A program made the translations under genes and the position numbers. A stretch of DNA of 63,308 bases, filler included, from Octopus bimaculoides (taxonomy: Eukaryota), in NCBI RefSeq assembly GCF_001194135.2. It is 6 parts of 6 records of this genome, joined end to end, with 100 filler letters (N's around TTAATTAATTAA, not from the genome) between each part and the next. Parts side by side here need not be neighbours in the genome. Positions count along the whole stretch, not along the records: positions 37,425 to 54,226 come from NC_068986.1; positions 54,327 to 58,360 come from NW_026375454.1; positions 58,461 to 61,706 come from NC_069005.1; positions 61,807 to 63,308 come from NC_068993.1; 2 more parts are not named here. One strand, given 5' to 3'. The notes beneath the pieces are model-generated. The model was given only the letters and a program-made list of their open reading frames with translations, was not told the origin of the DNA and did no database searches. Below, in pieces: positions 52,378 to 63,308 of this stretch. Numbering within the stretch: position 1 is the stretch's first letter; each line of letters opens with the position of its first letter.

Positions 52378-52809
52378 NNNNNNNNNNTATATATATATAT
52401 ACACACACACACATACAGTTATAAAGACGTGTGTATGTATGTGCATGTGTATATATATACATGTATTTGTATGCATACGTTCACATTTATATTGTGTAGT
52501 GATATTTAGTACCAAACGTAATTTACTTATATGCATAATTCATTAAAAAAAAGTGCAATCATATATCTGTTTAATACTTTTAATGCTGGGCGTATTTTAG
52601 ATTTATCATATTCTTCATAATACTTGCTGTCAAATGAAATATGTCTACCAAACTGATTTTGTATAGAACATTTATCAAAGTAATATTTCGATTTGATACA
52701 ATTCTCCATAGAGGAGATTAGTTGAGGACTAAAAGCTAGAAATATCTCTGTCCATGCTGTTGCATATGTATTGACCAGTGACTCCCTTCCTTTTTTTACT
52801 ACTAAGCAC

Positions 52810-53090
52810 TCCTTTATAAATCTCTTGCCTTGTATCTTTTACCTGTTTCTGTCATTGGACGCCATCATGCTGGGCTACCGACTTTGTCGAACAGATCGAC
52901 CCTAGTACATATCCATTCTTTCTTTTTGTATTATTATTATTATTATTATTTATTTATTTATTTGCTATTTTTGTTTTCTTTTTGAAGTCTGATCCCTTAT
53001 TCTATGGGTGTCACTTGCCGAACCGCTATGTTACGGGGGAACGTAAACAAACAAACACCGGTTGTCAAGTGGTGGTGAGGGACAAACATA
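52810..53090 (-). mobile_element. SINE type B, 3' body, diverged, with (ATT)-rich insertion
   Basis: tttacctgtttctgtcattggac..catgctggg..gccgaaccgctatgttacggggg..accggttgtcaag. Confidence 0.7.
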
Positions 53091-53129
53091 AGATAGATAG
53101 CAGGCTTTAAAGAGGAAAAAAAAATAGCA

Positions 53130-53200
53130 TTGAGTTCGATTTGTTCAAGGCGGTACCCCAGCATGGTCGTGGTCCAATGACTGAAACAGCTAAATCAGTT
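53130..53200 (+). mobile_element. SINE type B tail fragment
   Basis: ttcgatttgttcaaggcggtaccccagcatggtcgtggtccaatgactgaaacag. Confidence 0.65.
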
Positions 53201-53275
53201 TATATGAATTCTTTCTCAAGTCAGTTGTTTCTTTCTTCACAGCACTCCCGAAGAATTTTATGTCAGTTATATTTC

Positions 53276-53471
53276 AACTTTTACTTATTTCAGTCATTAG
53301 ACTGCAGCAATGCTGGGTCACCATCTTGAAGAATTTTTAGTCGAATGAATCGATTCCAGTGCTTATATGTTTCAAAAGCCTGGTACTTATTCTATCGCTA
53401 AGTTACCTGGACATAAGCACAACACCAATTGTCAAGCGTCAGTGCCACACACACACATAAACAAACAGACA

Positions 53472-53520
<49 letters not shown>

Positions 53521-53690
53521 ACATATGACAGGCTTCTTTCAGTGTCCGTCTATCAATTCTACTCACATGGTCTTTTTGTCGGTCCATGCCATAGTTGAAC
53601 ACATTTGCCCAAGGTGCCACACAGTGGGACTGAACCCGGAACCATGTAGTTGGGAAGCAACCGTCTTTCCACACATCTACGCCTGCACCT
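53276..53690 (-). mobile_element. SINE type B, full-length (tRNA head, CORE-like segment, internal microsatellite, 3' body)
   Basis: Minus strand: aggtgcaggcgtagatgtgtgg..ggttccgggttcagtccc (B-box) actgtgtggcaccttgggcaaatgtg (CORE-like) ..(TG)n.. gactgaaataagtaaaag. Confidence 0.9.
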
Positions 53691-54090
53691 TTATGTCCAT
53701 AGAAAAACATGGAACAAGAAATTAGCTGACAAAATACACCAAAATCTTTATAGTTTTATGAAAATCTATGGAATAATGGCATCTTTGATTCTAAGACATA
53801 TTTAGCACCTTTTGAAATATATCAGTCGGCAACACATCATGAGAGATAAAATCATCAAACATTCAAATATTCATTTCAAAATACATGCGTAAGAAGCCAT
53901 TACTCAAAATATCACCACAGAGTTGACACTAATGAGATATTTGGACAACTCTATATACTATTTTAATTGAATCATGCCTTAGGAGCATCTTGTAAATTTG
54001 ATTCCGTATTTGTAATATAGGACTATCACTCTGAATTTCTAAACTATACATAGTCGGTATGTGGATGATGTGTATGTGCGTGTATAGATG

Positions 54091-54122
<32 letters not shown>

Positions 54123-54141
54123 TAGATAGACAGATAGTTAT

Positions 54142-54181
<40 letters not shown>

Positions 54182-54270
54182 GTATATATATATATGTACA
54201 TATATATATATATATGTATATATATANNNNNNNNNNNNNNNNNNNNNNNNNNNNNNNNNNNNNNNNNNNN

Positions 54271-54282
54271 TTAATTAATTAA
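54271..54282. other. Artificial scaffold linker
   Basis: 44N-TTAATTAATTAA-44N. Confidence 0.95.
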
Positions 54283-54524
54283 NNNNNNNNNNNNNNNNNN
54301 NNNNNNNNNNNNNNNNNNNNNNNNNNGACATATACATAATTCAAACTTTGACTCCGGGGAGAAAGTGTGGCTATGCGACGAATCCAGATGAACAAATGTA
54401 GAAGCAGTTACTCTTTAACCCGTGAAATTGGTCCCTAGGAAAGACATTTGAGTGTAAGTTCGAACCATTGGAATGCTACGAAGTGTTTTCTATACCACGA
54501 ATTTCTTCATTTTGTCTATTTACT

Positions 54525-54562
<38 letters not shown>

Positions 54563-54734
54563 CATAGTATCATAATGTCAACCAGACCATCAGAAACTGT
54601 TATACACCGATGATCAGAATTCGCTTACAATTTTTTCTTTATATTGTTCCATTCATTCTCATCTTGACGCACCCTATGGACTAGATCGTCCTCTCATCGC
54701 CGTGGAGCCTTTCTAGCTTGCGTTTTCCGATCTT

Positions 54735-54840
54735 TTTTCAACCTTTCGGGGTCGATGAAATTCTGGGGATCGATGTAAACGATTACTCACTTTCCCCCCA
54801 AAACCTCAGGTCACCTGACTATAATAGAAAGGATATTTAT
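54735..54840 (+). mobile_element. SINE type A, 3' half
   Basis: cctttcggggtcgatgaaat..ggggatcgatgtaaacga..ctataatagaaaggatatt. Confidence 0.7.
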
Positions 54841-54919
54841 GATTAACAGGAAGGAAATAATCTGTATCACCAACTTTATGCCAAATGTCGAAACGGATGA
54901 AAGCTCGAAAAAAATATTG

Positions 54920-55114
54920 ATTTAAAATTTTTGGCACAAGGCCAGCAATTTCGAGTGATGCGATAAGTGATCAAATGGTACTTATTTTATCGACTTCGAA
55001 ATTGATGAAAGGCAAAGTTGACCTCGGTGGATTTGAAATCAGAAAGTAAAGACGGACGAAATGCCTCTCAGCATTTTGTCCGGCGCTGTAACGTCTATGC
55101 CAGCTCGGCGCCTT
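54920..55114 (-). mobile_element. SINE type A, full-length
   Basis: Reverse complement aggcgccgagctggcatagacgttac..ttctgatttcaaatccaccgaggtcaactttgcctttcatc. Confidence 0.85.
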
Positions 55115-55599
55115 ATCTCTGGTATTCACTTTTACGATTAGCGAGTAATGTAATCGTCTGAGCGATCAACTGAATGCTAAACATCGAATCTAATAAAAGG
55201 TCGAATATAATATTGCGGAGTTTTTTAGTCTGAAATCTTTAAGAACATTTCACAAGGTAAAAATATATGAACTTCTCTTTATAAATGATGAAAGACTAAA
55301 TATTTTCTTTTCTTCAGAGTATATTTGTAAAAAAATATAAAATTATATAATAAATGTACATTCCATCTATAAACGTTGATGTTTTCGATTTGAAAAAAGC
55401 AATTAAAAAAAAGAAAACAATGAAAGGGGATGGAATAATATGAACGCAAAAATTGTATTCAATAAATTATAAAAGATTAAATCTTATTTGTAAATATTTC
55501 AAGTTTATTTTACATCAACCAAATAATATTTAAAGTTCGTATAAAAATATGTTGTTGAGTCAAACGATTTCTTTTCCACTCGCAGAACAATAGAAAGTG

Positions 55600-55930
55600 T
55601 CAGAGAGGGAGATGGAGAGAGAAAGAGAGAGAGACAGAAAGAGAGAGAAGAAGAGAAATATGGAAAGAAGAAGATGAAGAGAGTGAGATGGAGAAAGAAG
55701 TGGAGAGAGAGAGAGAGGGAGAGAGAGAAAGAGAGAGATAGAGAGAGAGAAATGAAGAGGGAAATGGAGAGAGATGATGAGAGAGAGAGAGAGACGGAGG
55801 AGACTGAGAGATGAAAATGGAGAGGGAATAAGTGAAGGAGAGAAAGAAAAACGGAATGAGTGAGAGAAGGATAGGGAGAGATTGAGAAAGAGTGTGGAAG
55901 GGCCGGAGAGGGTGAGAGCCAGAGAGGAAC
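55600..55930. repeat. GA-rich polypurine low-complexity tract
   Basis: Direct inspection. Confidence 0.85.
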
Positions 55931-58404
55931 TAAGGCAGACAGACAAACCTACTGACAGACATGAAAAAGCAAAACAGACACTAGAACAGTTTTGAAGTCA
56001 TTTCATTAAAGATTTTGATATAGTCAACTCAGTTTTAGATTTATTTATAATATTTATTGAAGTTGTTAGTTCTTGCTTTCCATTTAGTATGAAATATTCT
56101 AACTTTCACAGTGGCAATCTACTTGACCTCATGAAATAAAAGTGAGTTTATTTTACATTTTATTTTTTTATTCTGGTTTCTTACGTTGAATTTATTTCTC
56201 ATTTTAGATTTACCATAAGGTGACACGGAACATTTCCAAGTTTTATTGCCACTGTTGTAATATGTCAAAATATGATAAATGTATTTATTCACATTGAAAA
56301 GCTTCCTGTAAATATATATTAAATACCTATATTGAATGTGATGATTGCGAATATTTTCTGTTGAACATATAAAATGATTTTCTCTTCGGATAAATGTATG
56401 AAAATAATATAAAGAATGGAAGAAGCTTTTAATTTTAAAAGAAATAAAATTGGAAACTAAAACCTATGCTATATTTGAAAATGTACTATAATCTGCTGCT
56501 TAAAATTTATGATTCAATACAATATAAACCTCTGATATTGACCATTCTATTGCGATTAATTAATTATGTATGTTATCTATGATCTCAAAATATTTGACGA
56601 TATTGGCTAGAAAGGAGTGTGTTAAAAGAAAAAATAACTCTAATCTTTCTTTGTGGACATGACTTAAAAAATAAAACTTCTAATATAATTGAAACTAGAA
56701 TGGCGTCACTGCTTCTAATTTCAATTCTGCTTTAAACATGGTGCCATGCGTCTACGAGAGAATTAGAAATAATTTATTCTTTTAAATTTTTTTACCATAT
56801 GATCGCCGCATAATAATACCTACTTCTTTACTGAATGAGCTATTTATTTATTTTTTTTTTGGTTTTGAATTCAATTATTTTCACTCTTAATAATATTACA
56901 CATGGAGTCATTTTGTCGTAATGTAGAAATACATTTAACTGGATTTTATATGATGGAAAAGGAACACAATATTTGAACAGAAATAAATATAAATAAATAA
57001 ATTCTCTTAAAAAAAATACATCGAAATTATTATCTCTAATATATATTTATAAACAAATTTCGTTATTATAAAACTAACTTTATCCTCTATTAAAACATTA
57101 TTGTCAATGTTATATTAATGTTTAATTATTAATTATACTCAACAGAAATATTGTACTTGTATGACAAGCGATAATACATAATAGCATCAGTGTTTGGTTT
57201 ATTAAAAAGAAACATTAAAATGTAAGGTGAGACACATTAATGCAAACAAATACAGATGCAGGGAGATGAGCACATATACGGATGGTCTGTTCTGAACATC
57301 ACATTTTCGCTGACGCATAGCCCTGATGCATAATAAAAAATATGCAAAATAATTTCAAATTATGAAATTCCGTTAAGAGGAAGAAATATTTAATGTTGAG
57401 TAAGTTACTGAAATATTCAAAATTGACATGATAACTGACTCAAGAAGCCGGGTCTATTTTGTACACAGCATAGGATAGTTTACCATTAAAAGCAGACAAT
57501 ATGTGTATAAAAATCAGGATCCAAATTACGATATTTTATCGATCTCATACGTTTCTTTAACAGCATTATGAAGTATCGTGGGTAAATAATGTACAGGACT
57601 TTCTCTTGCTTTGGATTCTCATACGTACACAATTTTTTAACTATTTAACTATTTTTACAGCAGCCGGCTGACATATCACAAAACAGAAACTATATTCTCT
57701 CACAAAATATTCTTCAATATCCATTCTTATATATATTCCCTTTCATACACTCTGGTACATAAAATCGTAGTTTTCCCTGCTCACCTATAACGCTTTCCAG
57801 CATCCAAATATTCTTTCTTATACTTCAATTAATAAATTTGTCTTTAGCATTTCTGTTCCATACGAAGTTACACCCTAAACACTGGAATCTGTGTTTTACA
57901 TAATTTTGTCTTATCTCCTGAACATACGCATTTTTTGCACTTAGCATTTTGTTTTCGTTGCATGAATGTCACTATTTACATCTGCTTATATTTATCTTTT
58001 CGAAGTGAAATTTAGCTTCGTACCTATTTTACTGATCAAATATATTTTTGCATTAATTATCTAGCAAATGATTATAAGTATCAAAATATTGTTACATGCT
58101 TATCGAAAATATGTGCATGTAGCAAATTTCGTACATCTGTGTAAGGGAAATTATAAACATGAATTTTAAGAATATATTCTCGAATATATTTTGAGGTTGT
58201 ATATTTGGTTGAAAGTTTAAAACATTTGTTGCTAGTTTAATTCGTAATATTAATAGCAAATGTTTGCAAAAATCTCAACAGAATCCTAGTAGAGAATGGT
58301 TAAGAAATTGTGATTATTATTATTATTATTGTTCAGTAGTTTTATTTTTATAACGTGCTTNNNNNNNNNNNNNNNNNNNNNNNNNNNNNNNNNNNNNNNN
58401 NNNN

Positions 58405-58416
58405 TTAATTAATTAA
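58405..58416. other. Artificial scaffold linker
   Basis: 44N-TTAATTAATTAA-44N. Confidence 0.95.
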
Positions 58417-58466
58417 NNNNNNNNNNNNNNNNNNNNNNNNNNNNNNNNNNNNNNNNNNNNCGTGCC

Positions 58467-58506
<40 letters not shown>

Positions 58507-59061
58507 ATATGTATGCACTCCTTAAAAATATGGATTCGTGTGTATATCCATTCCCACAAAAAATACAAATATGTATATAGGTATGTGAATAGATTTACGC
58601 TTATATAATATACTTACAGATATGTGCGCGTGTTTGTATGTATGTGCATATGTGTGTATGTATGTAGACATACTCACACACACGCGGGCATACACTCACA
58701 AAAACTAGAGACATGGATTTTTTTCCGTGGCACTAAAGCACTAAACTTCCCGAAGGAATATTTATGAATTGACAATTATCCCGAGGCTATGTTTGTCCAT
58801 TAGAGATGGAAGTCTTTTTCAAAAGAGAGAATATTGCCTCTGCTTTTAATAGCGGAATCATCGTAATTTTGATATTTTAATATATCTTGCTAATAAAACG
58901 ACAAAATATTAATGCATGATGAGAGTTAATAGAGAAGCGTGGTGTTTAAACAATTACATTTAGAAAGGTATCATATGTGGGTTTTTATTAACATCATATA
59001 AATGGTTTGGTGTGATGGCGTGTGTGCGAGTTTGTATTCATATCTATATCTGTGTGCATAA

Positions 59062-59099
<38 letters not shown>

Positions 59100-59517
59100 N
59101 NNNNNNNNNNNNNNNNNNNNNNNNNNNNNNNNNNNNNNNNNNNNNNNNNNNNNNNNNNNNNNNNNNNNNNNNNNNNNNNNNNNNNNNNNNNNNNNNNNNN
59201 NNNNNNNNNNNNNNNNNNNNNNNNNNNNNNNNNNNNNNNNNNNNNNNNNNNNNNNNNNNNNNNNNNNNNNNNNNNNNNNNNNNNNNNNNNNNNNNNNNNN
59301 NNNNNNNNNNNNNNNNNNNNNNNNNNNNNNNNNNNNNNNNNNNNNNNNNNNNNNNNNNNNNNNNNNNNNNNNNNNNNNNNNNNNNNNNNNNNNNNNNNNN
59401 NNNNNNNNNNNNNNNNNNNNNNNNNNNNNNNNNNNNNNNNNNNNNNNNNNNNNNNNNNNNNNNNNNNNNNNNNNNNNNNNNNNNNNNNNNNNNNNNNNNN
59501 NNNNNNNNNNNNNNNNN

Positions 59518-59562
<45 letters not shown>

Positions 59563-59988
59563 TTGTGTGTGCATTATCTCTTTCTCTAAGCGGTTTTTAT
59601 TATTCCGACCGAATATCAATATACACACAAGCATACACACAACGACAAACATTTATACACACACAAACACACACACACACATATATGTATGTATATATAT
59701 ACATATACAAAATCTAGTGCGTTCGCGCGCGCCGATGTATGCAAGTATATGTAGTACTTAAGGATTATAATCTATTGCGGGCGAGCGAAATTCTAAAGAT
59801 TATATTGAGTCTTGGTAATACGAATTGGTTTATACACTGATAAGAACCGCAGTAGTAGTAGTAGTAGTAGTAATTTTAAAGTTATGTCCTCTTTGACTTC
59901 TATCTTAAAAGCGGACGTGACTAAGTCGGTTGTCTCGTTCCCCTTTCTTCCTTGCCTTTTTTTACCCTGTTGTTTTATCTTGTAATGC

Positions 59989-60348
59989 GGAGGCGCAAAG
60001 GCCCAGCGGTGAGGGCAGTGGACTCGCGGTTGTAGGATCACGGTTTCGATTCCCGGAGTGGGCATTTTGTTTGTTTATTGAGCGAAAACACCAAATAGCT
60101 CTACAAGGCTCCGACAGTGTTTGGTAGCGAACCCTGCTGTACTATTTCACCACAACTCTCCCCCACTCTTTCTGTCTGTTTCTGTTGTACCTGTATTTCA
60201 AATGGCCAGCCTTTTTGCACTCTGTGTCACGCTGAATCTCCCTGAGAATTACATTATGGGTGTACGTGTCTGTCGAGTGCTCAGTCACTTGCATGTTAAT
60301 TTCAGGAGCAGGCTGTTCCTTTGATGGGATCATCTGGAACGCTCATCG
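59989..60348 (+). mobile_element. SINE sharing the type D 3' body but with a different 5' half
   Basis: ggcccagcggtgagggc (A-box-like), ggtttcgattcc (B-box); 3' half gctgaatctccctgagaa..gagtgctcagtcacttgcatgttaatttc matches 14288-14470. Confidence 0.8.
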
Positions 60349-60615
60349 CGTGGTGGGGAGGTGCATGTCCTAATTACTTGGACGCTTCAACCGCAATTGC
60401 AAGTTGGTGGTTTCGATTCGTAGACGAGCTGCAGTGCGTTGTAATCCTGATAAAATCGCTTTGAAAACGGAAAACAATCCTCTCTGTATCTGCGGGTTGG
60501 GTGGCATCATTCGAAATCCCCAACAATACGAAAAAGTGCATTGTGAACAGCGGGCTACCGGTTATAACATCTGATAGCCTGGTCTATCAAGAGGTACAGT
60601 GATATACATAGATGC

Positions 60616-60678
<63 letters not shown>

Positions 60679-60958
60679 AATATATATATANNNNNNNNNN
60701 NNNNNNNNNNNNNNNNNNNNNNNNNNNNNNNNNNNNNNNNNNNNNNNNNNNNNNNNNNNNNNNNNNNNNNNNNNNNNNNNNNNNNNNNNNNNNNNNNNNN
60801 NNNNNNNNNNNNNNNNNNNNNNNNNNNNNNNNNNNNNNNNNNNNNNNNNNNNNNNNNNNNNNNNNNNNNNNTATATATATATATATATACTCAGAGAGAG
60901 AGACAGACAGAAAGAGAGAGTGACCGATAGACAGACTGACTGATTGACTGACAAACAA

Positions 60959-61031
<73 letters not shown>

Positions 61032-61639
61032 CAGACAATCAAACAGACAGAGAGATACAGAGACAATTGTTTACCGTTCTCAAATATTTTGTGACACCAG
61101 AAATGAATATTCTGTCGCCTGAGGTCTGATGTGCAGAGATACGAAACAGCGATGTCCTAATTGCAAAGTTCCTAATCCTGTCGAAATGAAAATTTATGCA
61201 ACACTACGTCAAATATTTGGTACACTTTCTCTTCTTCTTAAGCACTGATGTCTTTTCACATCTTCATTGATGTATACGTATATACATACTTACATGTATA
61301 TATATATATACATATAAATATATATATATATATATAATATATATGTAAATATATGTTTGGGCGTGTGTGTATGTGTGTATACAGGTTTCTGTGTTTGTGA
61401 GTGTGAGTGTGTGCGTCTTTGGCTTTATCCACCTTTTCTTGTTTTATTTTCTGGTTGTCTAACTCAATTGAGAAGACTATTCATTTACGGATAATAGCTT
61501 CCACATCCGAGAATGAAACTAACTCATACCAACATATCTATGTATATATCTGAGAAAATATCTGGATATCAACATATATTATATATATATCAACACGCAC
61601 ACTCACCCAAAACTGACATAGGTACAATCACAAACACAC

Positions 61640-61706
<67 letters not shown>

Positions 61707-61750
61707 NNNNNNNNNNNNNNNNNNNNNNNNNNNNNNNNNNNNNNNNNNNN

Positions 61751-61762
61751 TTAATTAATTAA
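61751..61762. other. Artificial scaffold linker
   Basis: 44N-TTAATTAATTAA-44N. Confidence 0.95.
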
Positions 61763-61806
61763 NNNNNNNNNNNNNNNNNNNNNNNNNNNNNNNNNNNNNN
61801 NNNNNN

Positions 61807-61910
61807 CTGGAGCACCGCCTTTAGTCGAGCAAATCAACCCCGGGACTTATTCTTTGTAAGCCTAGTACTTATTCTATCGGTCTCTTTTGCCGAACCGCTA
61901 AGTGACGGGA
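61807..61910 (-). mobile_element. SINE type B body fragment
   Basis: ctggagcaccgcctttagtcgagcaaatc..aagcctagtacttattctatcggtctcttttgccgaaccgctaag. Confidence 0.85.
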
Positions 61911-61929
61911 TATATATATCTTTTTTTTT

Positions 61930-62218
61930 TCCAGCCCATGCCAGCATGGAAAGTGAACGTTAGCAAGTAAAAAACACCATTTAGAGTGTGGCCATTGCCA
62001 GTTCCATGTGACTGGCCCTCGTGCCAGTGGCATGTAAAAATACCCATTACACTCTCAGATTAGTTGGTGTTAGAAAGGGCATCCAGCTGTAGAAACTCTG
62101 CCAAATCAGATTGGAGCCTGGTGCAGCCATCTGGTCCACCAGTCCTCAGTCACATCGTCCAACCCATGCTAGTATGGAAAGCGTACGTTAAATGACAATG
62201 AAGATGATGATGATATAT
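61930..62218 (+). mobile_element. SINE-like element type E, 3' portion with (GAT)n tail
   Basis: gccagtggcatgtaaaaa..ttggtgttagaaagggcatccagctgtagaaac..aacccatgctagtatggaaagcgtacgttaaatga..gatgatgat; single copy here, classification from tail structure. Confidence 0.55.
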
Positions 62219-62681
62219 TCATGCAAACATATAAAGCATGCAGATACATATAAAGTGAGGAAGACAGAGAAGGTGAGAGAGATAGGATATGTGCCATAGG
62301 AAGAAGAGGCAAGTTGTGTGTCAACCATTGATAATAATGATGATGACGATGATGATGATGCTACAACAGTATGTACCACCCCCCACCTCCTCAGCAACTC
62401 CAACACCAGGACAATCTCTCCAGGTGTTGTACAATAGTAGTTAGACAGGTTCCCTATATTCTACACCAACAATATATATCAGTTTATCTGTTTGTTTATC
62501 TATTATTATTTTAAAATCTTGAAATAACTGCTCTCTGTCTGGCCATCCTGTTTGTGTATGCGTGTGTGTGCATATGTGTGTGTGTGTGCATGTGTAAGTT
62601 TGTGTGAGTGTGTCTACATATGCATACCTAATATCTAAGTATCTATCTATCTGTATGTGTATCTACGTATGAATGAGTGCA

Positions 62682-62745
<64 letters not shown>

Positions 62746-62829
62746 CTTTATTATCTCCTCTTCTCTCTACCTCTCCTGTCAAACCTTCTTTTTCCCAATC
62801 TGTCGCCAGGCTTGACCGCTAAATGCACT

Positions 62830-62998
62830 AGTTTTTTTTTAATTCTCTCTCTGTTTATTTTCTTTTATTCCTTTCAATTAAAGAGCATAAATTCGAAACA
62901 TAAAAGACTTTCTCACTTTCCTGAGTGTCAAACTAATACACTTGCTTGTTGTTCATACACCTGCCTTGGTCTTTTGTCTTTCTGTAAATTTCAACTAT
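62830..62998 (+). mobile_element. Repeat family P2, diverged copy with eroded hammerhead core
   Basis: agagcataaattcgaaacataaaagactttctc..aaactaatacac..ttgttgttcatacacctg..gtaaatt matches 44690-44805. Confidence 0.7.
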
Positions 62999-63018
62999 AT
63001 ATATATGTATATGTATAT

Positions 63019-63185
63019 ATATGGGAGAATATACAAATAATAACAACAGACGAGGACAGGTGGTGTAAATAACAAAAGTATATATTAGTATGACGCTCGG
63101 GAATACGGAAAGTCTTTGACGTTTCGAGCTACGCTCTTCAACAGAAAGAATACGGAGACAAGGAGAAAAACACGGAGAAAAAAAA
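63019..63185 (-). mobile_element. Repeat family P2, well-preserved copy
   Basis: Reverse complement aligns with 44648-44812 along its length. Confidence 0.8.
63113..63149 (-). ncRNA. Minimal hammerhead-like motif with variant core and GUC triplet (family P2)
   Basis: Minus strand: tcttt-CTGTTGA-a-gagc gta gctc-GAAA-cgt-c-aaaga. Confidence 0.65.
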
Positions 63186-63308
63186 TTGAATAGTGTTCAG
63201 TCAACGGTCAATCATAATAATGGCCGATCATAACAATGGCTGACCGGAAGTTAGAAATTCTTATTTCAGGAGAGCTAAGAAAGGGGGAGATAACATACGG
63301 TGATCGGG

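Noticed and set aside
61100-61160. ctgatgt..cgaaac..gtc hammerhead-like string
   Set aside because: Core mismatch and no stem I complementarity.

Overview
Eukaryotic, repeat-dense, mostly non-coding DNA with roughly 10% N. The repeat content (tRNA-derived SINEs, dense (CA)/(TA)/(TATC)/(GAT) microsatellites) points to a cephalopod, probably Octopus; this is an inference. The window is stitched from six older scaffolds by an artificial 44N-TTAATTAATTAA-44N linker. No intact host gene can be supported, and almost all long ORFs in the supplied track are microsatellite or N-gap artefacts. Recognisable content: five SINE types, two Tc1 elements, one DD34D-type mariner, three copies of a DD37D (maT) element, hAT and Tigger-like MITEs, a decayed restriction-like-endonuclease LINE, an RTE 3' fragment, a Penelope-like GIY-YIG fragment and an ORF1-only zinc-knuckle retroelement. 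The most interesting signal is a set of minimal type I hammerhead-ribozyme motifs from at least four unrelated short repeat families. One lies directly 3' of the Penelope-like endonuclease, one family shows compensatory stem changes between copies, and one has a recurring non-canonical core (CUGUUGA-A). All alignments and folds were done by eye; no database search was run.
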